From Hyphomicrobiales bacterium (GTDB lineage Bacteria; Pseudomonadota; Alphaproteobacteria; Rhizobiales; JAJFHC01): DNA of 64,000 bases. Positions within the stretch are counted from its first letter, which is position 1, and every line of letters begins with the position of its first letter. The translations under genes were made by a program, and so were the position numbers. The stretch covers positions 4,978,251 through 5,042,250 of the forward strand of contig OZ245783.1 of the NCBI GenBank assembly GCA_965227875.1, given 5' to 3'. Positions 25,682-35,164 of this stretch are shown one piece after another. The notes below the pieces were generated by a model that worked only from the letters and a program-made list of their open reading frames with translations, had not been told where the DNA came from and made no database searches.

Positions 25682-27373
25682 ATGCATGAAAACCTGAAAG
25701 AGCGGGAAAGTCCGCTCAAGGAACCCGAGATCGGCGGCGTGCCCTTCCTGCCCGGAAACGAGCTCGTGCCCCTGATCGAGGCCGAGGAGACATTCGCCGA
25801 AATCGAAGCGGCCATCGTCAAGGCCCGACATAGCGTGCACCTGGCGTACTGGACGATCGATCCGGCCCTCAGGATCACCTCGGACGTGACGTCGCACAAC
25901 CATTGGGCCGGACTCCTGCAGGGTGCGGCGTCCCGCGGGATCGACGTAAGGGTGGCCATCGCGGATTTCGACCCGGTTCTCGGCTTCGATTTCCACTTCG
26001 ACGCCTGGTCGACATACGCGCGGTTCATGGACCTGAGAGCGGAGCTCGACGAGGAGAGCCAACGCCGGCTCCAGGTCATCTGCTCACGGCACGATGCAAC
26101 CGTCGGATGGCTCGTCCAGGCGGCCGGCCAACCGATCATTCGCCGAAAACTTGACGAGGCCGTCGCACGGCTTAACGACCGGTCAGCCGACAAGGACGGT
26201 TCCGACCTTACGCAGTTGCTGCGTCGCGCGCCCGGCCTTTGGCCCTACGTGAAAATTCGGGACGGCCGTCTCACAGCACGGCACAGCGCGTTTCCGACGG
26301 TCCTTCCGGCCGCACACCACGAGAAGCTCTGCGTCATCGACGACGATACCGTCTTCCTTGGGGGACTTGATCTCGACGAACGACGTTTCGACACGAGAGA
26401 TCACGATGCGGATCTTGCATGGCACGACTTGTCCTGCCGCTTAAGGGGACCGGCCGCCCGCCAGTTTGCAATTCACTTCCGGCAGAGATGGAATCGCGAG
26501 CTTGAGGATTTCAGATCGGTCGTCTCTGCGCTCAAGCCGCCCGGAGACGTGGCTCCCTGGAAAATCCCGGATGGTCTCGGCAACTTGCCGGACCTGCCCG
26601 ACCCCGATCCCGAAACAACCTTTCCAGGCAACAAGATGGTGGCGCCGCTGCGCACCATATCGAGGCAGCACAAGTCGAGCTTTTCAAGAAGTCCCGAAAC
26701 GCGCGTTTCGGAAATCCGGGACGCTTACCTCGAAGCGATCGGCAATGCACAACGGCTGATCTACATAGAAAACCAGTTCATCCGCAGCCGGACCATCGCG
26801 GAGGCCCTCGCCAGCCGGGCCAAAGAACAACCCGAACTGGAAGCCATCATTCTGCTCCCCGTTCTGCCCCAGTCGATTCTCGAAGAGGATGCAAGCGACA
26901 GGGCAACGCGCATGGGCCAGTGGCTGCAGGCCGAAGCTCTCGACATTCTGCGCGCTTCGTTCGGAGAACGTATCGGGCTCTATTCTCTCAAACGTGCCGG
27001 CGACTCCCTTTCGCCCGAGACGAAGACGCTCGAGGAGATCCTGCGCGACAGTGTCTACTCGCATTCGAAGGCCATGATCGTGGACGACCGGCTCGCCCTG
27101 CTCGGTTCTGCCAACCTTAACGACCGCAGTCTCCTCACCGATACGGAGACGGCGATCGCGTGGCGCGACGAACCGTCAGTCACGTCGTTTCGCAACCGGC
27201 TGTGGCAGCGCCATCTCGGAACCGAGACCACGTCCTGGACAGACCGGTTCACGCAAAGATGGCGCGATGTGGTCGACCTGGGAGGAAATGATTGTTTTGC
27301 CTTCCCCCTCGGCGAGGCGGCAATCAGGTTCAGGGCCGAACGATCGACACTTGTACCGCACGAACTCGTGTGA
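25682..27373 (+). CDS. Phospholipase D / cardiolipin-synthase-like protein (two HKD motifs)
   Basis: HHEKLCVIDDDTVFLGGLDL and SHSKAMIVDDRLALLGSANLNDRS. Confidence 0.88.
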   Translation: MHENLKERESPLKEPEIGGVPFLPGNELVPLIEAEETFAEIEAAIVKARHSVHLAYWTIDPALRITSDVTSHNHWAGLLQGAASRGIDVRVAIADFDPVLGFDFHFDAWSTYARFMDLRAELDEESQRRLQVICSRHDATVGWLVQAAGQPIIRRKLDEAVARLNDRSADKDGSDLTQLLRRAPGLWPYVKIRDGRLTARHSAFPTVLPAAHHEKLCVIDDDTVFLGGLDLDERRFDTRDHDADLAWHDLSCRLRGPAARQFAIHFRQRWNRELEDFRSVVSALKPPGDVAPWKIPDGLGNLPDLPDPDPETTFPGNKMVAPLRTISRQHKSSFSRSPETRVSEIRDAYLEAIGNAQRLIYIENQFIRSRTIAEALASRAKEQPELEAIILLPVLPQSILEEDASDRATRMGQWLQAEALDILRASFGERIGLYSLKRAGDSLSPETKTLEEILRDSVYSHSKAMIVDDRLALLGSANLNDRSLLTDTETAIAWRDEPSVTSFRNRLWQRHLGTETTSWTDRFTQRWRDVVDLGGNDCFAFPLGEAAIRFRAERSTLVPHELV

Positions 27374-27468
27374 ATCTGGATATGATGGAGGGGTGCAGGC
27401 ACCGCCCGCCTGCTGGAATTGCCTCTGGAGACGGATCGGGCGGTGGATTGCAATGCGAGGAAAATCGG

Positions 27469-27618
27469 ATGAAAGAAAAGAAAAGCGGACCGCCGGTCCT
27501 CTATTTCGTGGTTGGCCTGCTCGTGGCCGTGGTGATCGGCATGGCCTACTACATCTACGACCAGTCGACGAACAAGGCGGATCTCGAGATCAAGATCGAT
27601 GTGCCCGGAACGGATTGA
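27469..27618 (+). CDS. Possible small single-TM protein (49 aa)
   Basis: MKEKKSGPPVLYFVVGLLVAVVIGMAYYIYDQ... Moderate RBS (GAGGAAAA). Confidence 0.4.
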   Translation: MKEKKSGPPVLYFVVGLLVAVVIGMAYYIYDQSTNKADLEIKIDVPGTD

Positions 27619-27654
27619 TTGATCCGCTCCGTCACCTTCGGAGCGACGATACCC

Positions 27655-27837
27655 TTACAGGGCGACGTTGTTGCATGGGCAACCCTCGTGCCCGCACCCC
27701 TTGATGGAGGGGTCGGCGCACTGGGCGTTGCAGTAAACCCGGCCGTCCTCGCGATAACCGGTGCCCTTCGGCACGGTGCAGGTGCATGCGGCGTTGGCGC
27801 ATGGTTGCGGTGCGGTTTCCGAATGAAGGTCGGACAT
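27655..27837 (-). CDS. Bacterial metallothionein (SmtA/BmtA-like)
   Basis: CANAACTCTVPKGTGYREDGRVYCNAQCADPSIKGCGHEGCPCN, a Cys/His pattern matching the SmtA family. Start at M5 with a GGAGAG RBS. Confidence 0.65.
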   Translation of the reverse strand: MSDLHSETAPQPCANAACTCTVPKGTGYREDGRVYCNAQCADPSIKGCGHEGCPCNNVAL

Positions 27838-27849
27838 CTGTCTCTCCAA

Positions 27850-28200
27850 TCAGTTGTTTCGGGTCAGCGAAATACCCATGATCCGGTACTTGCCGTCTTC
27901 TGCCTTGACCACCCCGCAGCGTCGCGCGGAGTTGAGCCAGTTGTTCCACTTGAGGCACAACATCCCGTTGTCGAAGATCTTCCAGACGCCCGTGTCCTTG
28001 TCGTCTCCGTATCGGCCGACAAGCTTGCCGGAGGGCATCACCTTGATGGTCAGATCCTCTCCGTAGAGCTGTCCTTCGAAGGTGCCGTGAATGTCCGTGC
28101 CGACGCGTGCCTCGCTCAGCGAGGCAGCATTCGCGCCTGTTACGACGCTCGTACCGACGATCGCGGCCATGAACAGAGTGCGAAACTTAAGACAGATCAT
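27850..28200 (-). CDS. Exported protein (possibly DUF995-like)
   Basis: Signal peptide ...AAIVGTSVVTGANA and the motif GVWKIFDNGMLCLKWNNW...RRCG. GGGAGA RBS. The stop abuts the metallothionein ORF. Confidence 0.7.
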   Translation of the reverse strand: MICLKFRTLFMAAIVGTSVVTGANAASLSEARVGTDIHGTFEGQLYGEDLTIKVMPSGKLVGRYGDDKDTGVWKIFDNGMLCLKWNNWLNSARRCGVVKAEDGKYRIMGISLTRNN

Positions 28201-28227
28201 CTTTCCATATCTCCCGTATGTCTGCGC

Positions 28228-28252
28228 AACGCATTAACCGTGAAACGGTTCC
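28228..28252 (-). promoter_or_regulatory. EcfG-type promoter, GGAAC-N16-CGTT (perfect)
   Basis: Plus strand reads AACG (28228-28231), 16 nt, GTTCC (28248-28252). It lies 27 nt upstream of the ATG at 28200. Confidence 0.75.
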
Positions 28253-28381
28253 CTCACGCCCGGTCAGCGCTCGCCTGCGGTCATGCATAAGCAAGCGCCA
28301 TGCCACCTTGACGGTGGCGCACGGAAATAGCTTCCGATCGGAGTGGGACGGCGATTGCGAAGTCGGGCTGGGGTCAGGCTC

Positions 28382-28531
28382 CTAGCCGAGCCACATCCAC
28401 ACAGCGACACCGCCGACGGCGATGATTGCCAGGGGCAATCCCCATTCAAGGGCGTGTCGGTTGGTCTTGGCCGGCTCGGCCTGCCTGACGTCTTCCTTCG
28501 AGTAAACTTTTTCGCTTTCCATTGTCCTCAT
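28382..28531 (-). CDS. Possible small membrane protein downstream of cydX
   Basis: MRTMESEKVYSKEDVRQAEPAKTNRHALEWGLPLAIIAVGGVAVWMWLG. The start is ambiguous (28531 or 28522). Confidence 0.35.
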   Translation of the reverse strand: MRTMESEKVYSKEDVRQAEPAKTNRHALEWGLPLAIIAVGGVAVWMWLG

Positions 28532-28628
28532 CTCTGATTTTTTCACGATCTCCGTGAGGACAACCTGTCGGAACGCATAAAGTTCCATTCCGGGACTCGA
28601 GGGCGCTCCCGCCCTCCCGGCCCGCTGC

Positions 28629-28763
28629 TTACTCGGCCACCGCAGGCAGCCGGCCATCGGACTCGGTCAGCAACCGGTCGCGCTGCAGTTCGAGCCACAT
28701 CGCGTTCATGATGGCGAAGATGGCGGCAAGAGGAAGTCCCAGCATCCAGGCGAAGTACCACAT
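28629..28763 (-). CDS. cydX: Cytochrome bd oxidase small subunit CydX
   Basis: MWYFAWMLGLPLAAIFAIMNAMWLEL... These are the last 44 codons of ORF 28629..29585. AGGAG RBS. Confidence 0.75.
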   Translation of the reverse strand: MWYFAWMLGLPLAAIFAIMNAMWLELQRDRLLTESDGRLPAVAE

Positions 28764-28777
28764 CGTTGCGTTTCTCC

Positions 28778-29941
28778 TCAGTACACTGTGTCTGAATTGC
28801 CGGTCACGTCGGACTCCGTCACCTTGCCCCACAGTACCTTGTAGACCCAGGCGGTATAGGCAAGGATCAGCGGCATGAAGATGGCCGTCGAAACCAGCAT
28901 GATGAACAGGGTCTGGTGCGACGACGAACTGTCCCACACCGTCAGTGACGACTTCGGGTCGATCGAAGACGGCAGGATGAAGGGGAACATCGTCAGGCCC
29001 ACCGACGAGATCGAGCCGAGAATGCCCAGTTTGGACCAGAGCAGCGTCGAGACCTCCCGCCCGGCCCGCAGGCCGCGCACGGCCATGACCATTCCGGCGA
29101 AGCCAAGCAAGGGTGCCACGGCGATCCACGGCCTCGCCGCGTAGGCGCTCAGCCAGGATGCGGTCCTCTCCACTTCGGAATAGAGCGGGTTCGACGGACC
29201 GTCGGTGACGACATCGCCCACGATCGCATAACCCTGGATTCCGACGGCAAGCCAGATCCCCGCGAGCACGTATCCGGCAATCGTCCCGACACCTGTGATC
29301 GTCCCGTAGGCCCGGGCCCGAGCGGCCACCTTGCCATCGGCCTTGAGGGCCAGCCACGCGGCGCCATGAGTTACGAGCATGAAAAACGAAACCAGCCCGG
29401 TCAGCACGGCGAACGGATTGAGGAGACCGAAGAACTTGCCGTAGTAACTGCCCTCGTACCTTGAAAACAGGTCCGGTGTCAGCTGGAACGGCACCCCCTG
29501 CAGGACGTTGCCAACCGCGATGCCGAAGACAATCGCGGGCACCGCGCCGCCGGCGAAGAGCGCCCAGTCCCAACCGCTGCGCCACGCCGCGCTATCGCGC
29601 TTGCTGCGGTACTTGAAGGCGACCGGCCGGAGGATGAGGGCAGCGAGGATCGCGAACATCGCCAGGTAGAAACCGGAAAAGCTGACGGCATAGAGTGGCG
29701 GCCAGGCGGCGAAGATCGCACCCCCGCCGAGAATGAACCAGACCTGGTTACCTTCCCAGACCGGTCCGACCGTGTTGATCGCAATCCGGCGTTCGACGTC
29801 GGTCCTCGCGACGAAGGGAAGAAGCGCCCCAACGCCCATGTCGAAGCCGTCGGTCATCGCGAAGCCGATCAGCAGCACGCCGAGGAGAAGCCACCAGATC
29901 ACACGCAGAACATCGTAGGAGAGTATCTCGAAGAGGATCAT
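28778..29941 (-). CDS. cydB: Cytochrome bd ubiquinol oxidase subunit II
   Basis: MILFEILSYDVLRVIWWLLLGVLLIGFAMTDGFDMGVGALLPF... Confidence 0.93.
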   Translation of the reverse strand: MILFEILSYDVLRVIWWLLLGVLLIGFAMTDGFDMGVGALLPFVARTDVERRIAINTVGPVWEGNQVWFILGGGAIFAAWPPLYAVSFSGFYLAMFAILAALILRPVAFKYRSKRDSAAWRSGWDWALFAGGAVPAIVFGIAVGNVLQGVPFQLTPDLFSRYEGSYYGKFFGLLNPFAVLTGLVSFFMLVTHGAAWLALKADGKVAARARAYGTITGVGTIAGYVLAGIWLAVGIQGYAIVGDVVTDGPSNPLYSEVERTASWLSAYAARPWIAVAPLLGFAGMVMAVRGLRAGREVSTLLWSKLGILGSISSVGLTMFPFILPSSIDPKSSLTVWDSSSSHQTLFIMLVSTAIFMPLILAYTAWVYKVLWGKVTESDVTGNSDTVY

Positions 29942-29946
29942 GTCAT

Positions 29947-31557
29947 TCACTCCGCAGGGCTCGCGAAAGGACCCTGGCCGTCATGGGTGCGCAGGCGATG
30001 CTCATGCCGCGCTTCCCATGTCTCGGTTTCCTCCACATCCTGGAAGGGTCCCTTCCGGATGTATTTCAACATCAGCCCCATCTCGACGACGAAGAGGACC
30101 GTGTAGAAGGTCACGAAGCCCGCAAGCGTCAGCAGAAGATCCTGCACGCTCAGGTGGCTGACCGAGAGTGCCGTCGGCAACACCCCGTCCACCGTCCAGG
30201 GCTGGCGGCCATACTCGGCGATGAACCAGCCAAGTTCCGCAGCGATCCATGGCGCCGGGATGATGGCGACCGCCACCCGTAGCGCCCAGCGCGGATATGA
30301 CTGCTGGCGGAAGGAAGAGCGCCAGAAGAAATAGGCCATGACCGCGATGAAAAGGAACCCGAGACCGACCATGACCCGGAACGCCCAGAACAGCGGCGCG
30401 ACCCACGGGACGGTGTCCTCCGCGGCCATGGAAATCTGCTCCGCACTGGCGGTGCGCGGATCCTCGACGTAGCGCTTGAGAAGGAAAGCGAAGCCGAGAT
30501 CCCCGGAGTGCATCTCGAACGTCTCGCGGACATCCGCGGGCGTTTCGCTGCGTTGATCGCGTATCGTCATGAGCGCGTCATAGGCAACGATGCCGCGTTC
30601 GATCCTCTTCCTCGCTTCGGCGACGAGGTCCGCGATGCCGGGGATCTCCTGGGTGAGCGAACGGGTCCCGATCAGGCCCATGACCCAGGGTATTTCGAGT
30701 GCATAGTGTGTCTCGCGCGCCTCCTGGTCCGGAAATCCGATCGCGGTGAACGGTGCCGGCGCGTCATGGGTCTCCCACATCGCCTCGATGGCGGCGAGTT
30801 TCATCTTCTGTGTGTGACTGGCGGAATAACCGCTCTCGTCACCCAGAACGACGACGGACAGTGCGGAGGCGAGACCGAAGGAGGCGGCGACCGTGATCGA
30901 GCGTCTGGCCAGCGCCATGTGCCGGCCCTTCAGCAGATACCAGGCGGAAACGCCCAGCACGAAGACGGACGCGGTGACGTATCCCGCCGAGACCGTGTGC
31001 ACGAATTTCGCCTGCGCGACCTCGTTGAAGAGGACGTCAAAGAACGAAGTCAGCTCCATCCGCATCGTATCGGGATTGAACTGCGCACCGACCGGGTTCT
31101 GCATCCAGCCATTGGCGATCAGGATCCAGAGCGCGGAGAAATTCGAACCGATCGCGACAAGCCAGGCGACCGTCAGATGACCGACTTTCGACAGCTTGTC
31201 CCAGCCGAAGAAGAAGAGCCCCACAAACGTCGCTTCGAGGAAGAAGGCCATGAGGCCCTCGATGGCGAGGGGCGCGCCGAAAATGTCGCCGACATAATGG
31301 CTGTAGTAGCTCCAGTTCATCCCGAACTGGAATTCCATGGTGATGCCGGTCGCCACGCCGAGGGCGAAGTTGATGCCGAAGAGCGTGCCCCAGAACTTGG
31401 TCATTTGCCGCCAGATCGGACGGCCCGTCATGACGTAGACCGTTTCCATGATGGCGACGAGGATCGACAGACCCAGCGTCAGCGGCACGAACAGGAAGTG
31501 ATACATCGCTGTCAGCGCGAATTGCAGCCGTGACAGCTCGACGATATTGAGCTCCAT
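29947..31557 (-). CDS. cydA: Cytochrome bd ubiquinol oxidase subunit I
   Basis: Internal M18 with an AAGGAG RBS: MELNIVELSRLQFALTAMYHFLFVPLTLGL... and the Q-loop GRQPW. Confidence 0.95.
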   Translation of the reverse strand: MELNIVELSRLQFALTAMYHFLFVPLTLGLSILVAIMETVYVMTGRPIWRQMTKFWGTLFGINFALGVATGITMEFQFGMNWSYYSHYVGDIFGAPLAIEGLMAFFLEATFVGLFFFGWDKLSKVGHLTVAWLVAIGSNFSALWILIANGWMQNPVGAQFNPDTMRMELTSFFDVLFNEVAQAKFVHTVSAGYVTASVFVLGVSAWYLLKGRHMALARRSITVAASFGLASALSVVVLGDESGYSASHTQKMKLAAIEAMWETHDAPAPFTAIGFPDQEARETHYALEIPWVMGLIGTRSLTQEIPGIADLVAEARKRIERGIVAYDALMTIRDQRSETPADVRETFEMHSGDLGFAFLLKRYVEDPRTASAEQISMAAEDTVPWVAPLFWAFRVMVGLGFLFIAVMAYFFWRSSFRQQSYPRWALRVAVAIIPAPWIAAELGWFIAEYGRQPWTVDGVLPTALSVSHLSVQDLLLTLAGFVTFYTVLFVVEMGLMLKYIRKGPFQDVEETETWEARHEHRLRTHDGQGPFASPAE

Positions 31558-31671
31558 GTCGTCTTCTCCTTCGATCCCGCACGTTTCCCGAACCGGAAAA
31601 CGACTCACGATCAGACGCCTGATTCGTCCTTTAGCTCACACACCAGCAAAACTCCGTGACAAAGTCACAGT

Positions 31672-33267
31672 CTAGCCCGCTATCTCGCGAACTTCATCGA
31701 AGACCGGGTGATCCGCACCGCGGTGCAATGCCGCAACGATCGCCGCGCGCGGCAAGGCCGTGCGGACCCCGTTCAGCACCGCGTCCGCGGTCACCGCGTC
31801 AAGGCCCTCGGTCGGTTCATCGAGAAGGACGATCGAGGGGTCTTTCAGGACAATTCGCGCCAGTGCCAGGCGACGCGCCTGACCGCCGGAGAGCCCAGTG
31901 CCTCCTTCGCCCAGCCTTGCGTCGAGTCCCCCTTTGCTTCTGATGACGTCGGCGAGAGCGACGACATCGAGGGCGGACCACAGAGAGGCATCTTCTGCAG
32001 GTCCGGCCAGACAAAGGTTGTCGCGGACGGTTCCCGCGATGAGTGCACTGCGCTGTGGAAGAAACGCCATGTGCGTCCGCAACGAAGCCTCGCTCCAGTA
32101 TGCCGGTCTCTGACCTTCGACCGTCACGCCCTCCCCGTCATCAAGCCCGGCAATCCGGTAGAGCAGGCTCGTCTTGCCGGACCCGGACGGACCGGTCAGC
32201 GCCACCGCCCTTCCCGGTTCCACCCGGAAGGCAGTCTCCGGCAGGCTCACCTCCAGCACCGGTTCGCCGAGGAGGTTCGGCCGGTCGTCAGGTCCTTCGT
32301 GGCCGTCCCCGAGAGCCACGCGACGTGCCGCGCCGGCCATGCGTCCGATTTCGGCAAACCCGCGGCGAAGGGGCAGGATCGTCTCGGCCAGGGCCAGCGC
32401 AACGAACAGCCCTATGGCGGCGCCGGCTGGCCCGGCCTGTCCTCCGGCCAGCATCCAGCCGCCGGCGACAAGGGCAGCCGCTGCCACGAGGGACACCAGA
32501 AGGGAAAGCGCAAGGCCGGCATTGCGCTCTGCAAGATCGAGCCTGGCGGCGGCATCCCGCGCGGCCTGGTCGATCTCCAGAAGCGCCATTTCGCGTTGCG
32601 GCAAGTGTCCTGAAACGATGAGGGCCTCACGGTCGCGGATCATGTCGATGACACCGCGACGAAGCCGCTGCCCGGCCCGCTCGGACGCATCCGACGGCGC
32701 GAGCGTCCGGCGCGCAAGGAACCAGAGGATCGCGATGGAGGCAGGCAGGTAACCGATGAGGATCGTCGTCGCCACAGGCCAACCGACGAGCCATGCAAGC
32801 GCGGCGAACACGCAAGCATGCGTGACGACCCCTGCAAACACCGGCAGCAGCACGCGCAGGGCCAGCCCGTCGAGCGCATCGACGTCCGAAACGATCCGGG
32901 TCAGCACGCCCTCGCCGCGCAGTCTCACCAGCGATCGCACCCCGAGACGGGCATGCTGCATGAGCAACATGGTCCGGAGGGCCGCGAGCGCACGCAAGGT
33001 CGCGTCGTGGCTCAGGACACGTTCGCCATAGCGGGCCGCGGTCCTGCCGAGTGCCAGGAAGCGCACACCGGCCGACGGGCGGAAGACGTCGAAGGCGATA
33101 CCGAGCCCGGCAAGGCCCGCAAGGCCTGTCGCGGTGATGAACCAGCCGGACAGTCCCAGCAAGGCCGCCCCCATGACCAGGACGGCAACCGACAGGGCGG
33201 CACCCCGCGCCATGGCCCACGGAGCCGCGCCGAGCAACATCCTGGCGATGGTCAGGACCGGTTTCAT
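31672..33267 (-). CDS. cydC: Thiol-reductant ABC exporter subunit CydC
   Basis: Six-TM domain plus an NBD (GPSGSGKTS, LSGGQARRLALAR, LLDEPTEGLD). Second gene of the pair, 4-nt overlap. Confidence 0.85.
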   Translation of the reverse strand: MKPVLTIARMLLGAAPWAMARGAALSVAVLVMGAALLGLSGWFITATGLAGLAGLGIAFDVFRPSAGVRFLALGRTAARYGERVLSHDATLRALAALRTMLLMQHARLGVRSLVRLRGEGVLTRIVSDVDALDGLALRVLLPVFAGVVTHACVFAALAWLVGWPVATTILIGYLPASIAILWFLARRTLAPSDASERAGQRLRRGVIDMIRDREALIVSGHLPQREMALLEIDQAARDAAARLDLAERNAGLALSLLVSLVAAAALVAGGWMLAGGQAGPAGAAIGLFVALALAETILPLRRGFAEIGRMAGAARRVALGDGHEGPDDRPNLLGEPVLEVSLPETAFRVEPGRAVALTGPSGSGKTSLLYRIAGLDDGEGVTVEGQRPAYWSEASLRTHMAFLPQRSALIAGTVRDNLCLAGPAEDASLWSALDVVALADVIRSKGGLDARLGEGGTGLSGGQARRLALARIVLKDPSIVLLDEPTEGLDAVTADAVLNGVRTALPRAAIVAALHRGADHPVFDEVREIAG

Positions 33268-34937
33268 CCGGACACCTCCACCTGTCGGTCCATGGCCTCG
33301 GCCAGGTCGCTGTCGTGGGTAGCCACGATGATCGTGCGCCCGTTCGACTGAAGCCGCCGCAAAGCCGCGATGACCTTCTGTGCCGTATCGGGATCGAGAT
33401 CGGCCGTGGGTTCGTCTGCGAGGACAAGGTCTCCTCCCGCGAGGAACGCCCGCGCCAGCATGAGCCGCCGGGCCTCGCCGCCGGAAACGCCACCGCCCGT
33501 TTCGCCGAGCCGCGTATCGAGACCCTCGGGGAGTCGCGCGACGACTGTCTGCGCATCGGCGATCCGCAGCGCCGCCTCCATCTCCGCACCGACTTTCGCG
33601 CCGCCAAGCCAGTCTCCAAGCGTCGCGTCCGGAAAATGCGGCTTTTGCGGTACGTAGACCAGGCGGGCCCGCCAGCCGTCGGCCGTATCCGCACCAAGCT
33701 CCCGGCCGCAGACGTGGATCGATCCCGCCGCCAGGGGGACGAGCCCCGCGATCGCCGCAAGGGCAGTCGTCTTTCCCGCCCCGCTGGGGCCTGTGATCGC
33801 GAGCGAAGCCCCCCGGTCAAGCGAGAACTCCGGCAAAGACACGTCGCACCCCGGGAGCGCGGCGACGGCGTTGCTGGTCCGGACCGACAGCGCGCCCTCA
33901 AGCGGTCTTGCCGGGTTGCCTTCGCCGACGATGGGAATGCGCTGTGCGGCATCCATCCTGTCGAGTTCTGACACGACCGAATATCCCGCAGCCCGGTCGT
34001 GCCAGGCCGCAGCGAGGTCGCGCAGGGGCTGAAAGAACTCCGGCGCGATCAGGAGCAGGAAGACGCCCTCGCCGAGCGTCAAGGGCGTTCCCCAACTTCC
34101 GAACGAAATCTCGCCAAGTAGGGTAAAGCCGACGAAGACGGCGACCATGGCGACCCCGATCGCGGAGAACAGCTCGAGTACCGTGGACGAGAGAAACGCG
34201 ATCCGCAGCACGGCCATGGTCCGGGCCCGAAGCCCGTCGGCGCGCCCGGCGAAATCTTCGGCGACCCGCCCGGAAGCGCCGAGCAGGCGAATGTCGAGCA
34301 TGGCGGACAGCCGGTCCATCAGCATGTCGTTCATGGTGCCGATCTCGTCCATCTGCCGGCGAGAGGCATCTTCGGCGGCCATTCCCACGAGCGCCATGAA
34401 GACCGGTATGAGCGGCCCGGCGACAAGGAGCGTCAGCCCGACCACCCAGGAGTGCCAGAACGACAGCACGAGAAGCAGCGGTGGAAAGACGGCGACCCGG
34501 ACCATCGCCACGTGGTAGCGTGTGATCCACGGCTGCAGCAGCGGCAGTTTCTGGACAACGAGCGCCGCGACCGAGGCTGATCCCAGCCCCGCCGTCGCCC
34601 GGGCCTCCCGACGCACAAGGGCCTCGCGTTCCCGGGCGATCGTCACGTCCGCCGCACGAAACAGGAGCGCACCGGCCCGGTGATCGACGATCGCCCGGAC
34701 CACGCCGCACCCGACGAAAACACCTGCGGCGAGGATCGCACTCTTCAACGGCTCATAGCCTGATGCCCATCCCGACAGGGCCCATGCGATCGCCGCCGCC
34801 TGCACCGGCCAGAGACCGCCGGAAAACACCGACAGCAGGCCCGCGATCCTTAGGTCTCGGGAAACCGGCAGGATGATCCTTTGCCGGGCCCTGCGACGCT
34901 GGCCCGCGGCCGGCACGGTCTGCGCTGTGTCGTTCAT
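33264..34937 (-). CDS. cydD: Thiol-reductant ABC exporter subunit CydD
   Basis: Internal M22. TM domain plus an NBD (GPSGAGKTT, VSGGEARRLMLAR, LADEPTADLD). First gene of cydDCABX. Confidence 0.85.
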   Translation of the reverse strand: MNDTAQTVPAAGQRRRARQRIILPVSRDLRIAGLLSVFSGGLWPVQAAAIAWALSGWASGYEPLKSAILAAGVFVGCGVVRAIVDHRAGALLFRAADVTIAREREALVRREARATAGLGSASVAALVVQKLPLLQPWITRYHVAMVRVAVFPPLLLVLSFWHSWVVGLTLLVAGPLIPVFMALVGMAAEDASRRQMDEIGTMNDMLMDRLSAMLDIRLLGASGRVAEDFAGRADGLRARTMAVLRIAFLSSTVLELFSAIGVAMVAVFVGFTLLGEISFGSWGTPLTLGEGVFLLLIAPEFFQPLRDLAAAWHDRAAGYSVVSELDRMDAAQRIPIVGEGNPARPLEGALSVRTSNAVAALPGCDVSLPEFSLDRGASLAITGPSGAGKTTALAAIAGLVPLAAGSIHVCGRELGADTADGWRARLVYVPQKPHFPDATLGDWLGGAKVGAEMEAALRIADAQTVVARLPEGLDTRLGETGGGVSGGEARRLMLARAFLAGGDLVLADEPTADLDPDTAQKVIAALRRLQSNGRTIIVATHDSDLAEAMDRQVEVSG

Positions 34938-35164
34938 GCCGTCCGGACGACCATGCTCGTTTCCGCAATTTCCGGTCGCGATACGCCGGACCGGACTCAA
35001 GATGCTTGCACGGAGACTTTGCCCAAACGGCGAGGAACATGCCAGCCACCCGGCTGCGTCAAAAGCGTCAGGTGCGTCGACGGCGAACGACCGTGAATGT
35101 CGTCAGGAAGAGACCCACTGACCTCGCACGGCCGTTCTGTTGGCCCACGGGACGAGGACGATCT

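Noticed and set aside
28629-29585. 318-aa minus-strand ORF overlapping cydB
   Set aside because: It is out of frame with the well-supported cydB gene. Only its last 44 codons (MWYFAW...) are real and correspond to cydX, which has its own AGGAG RBS.
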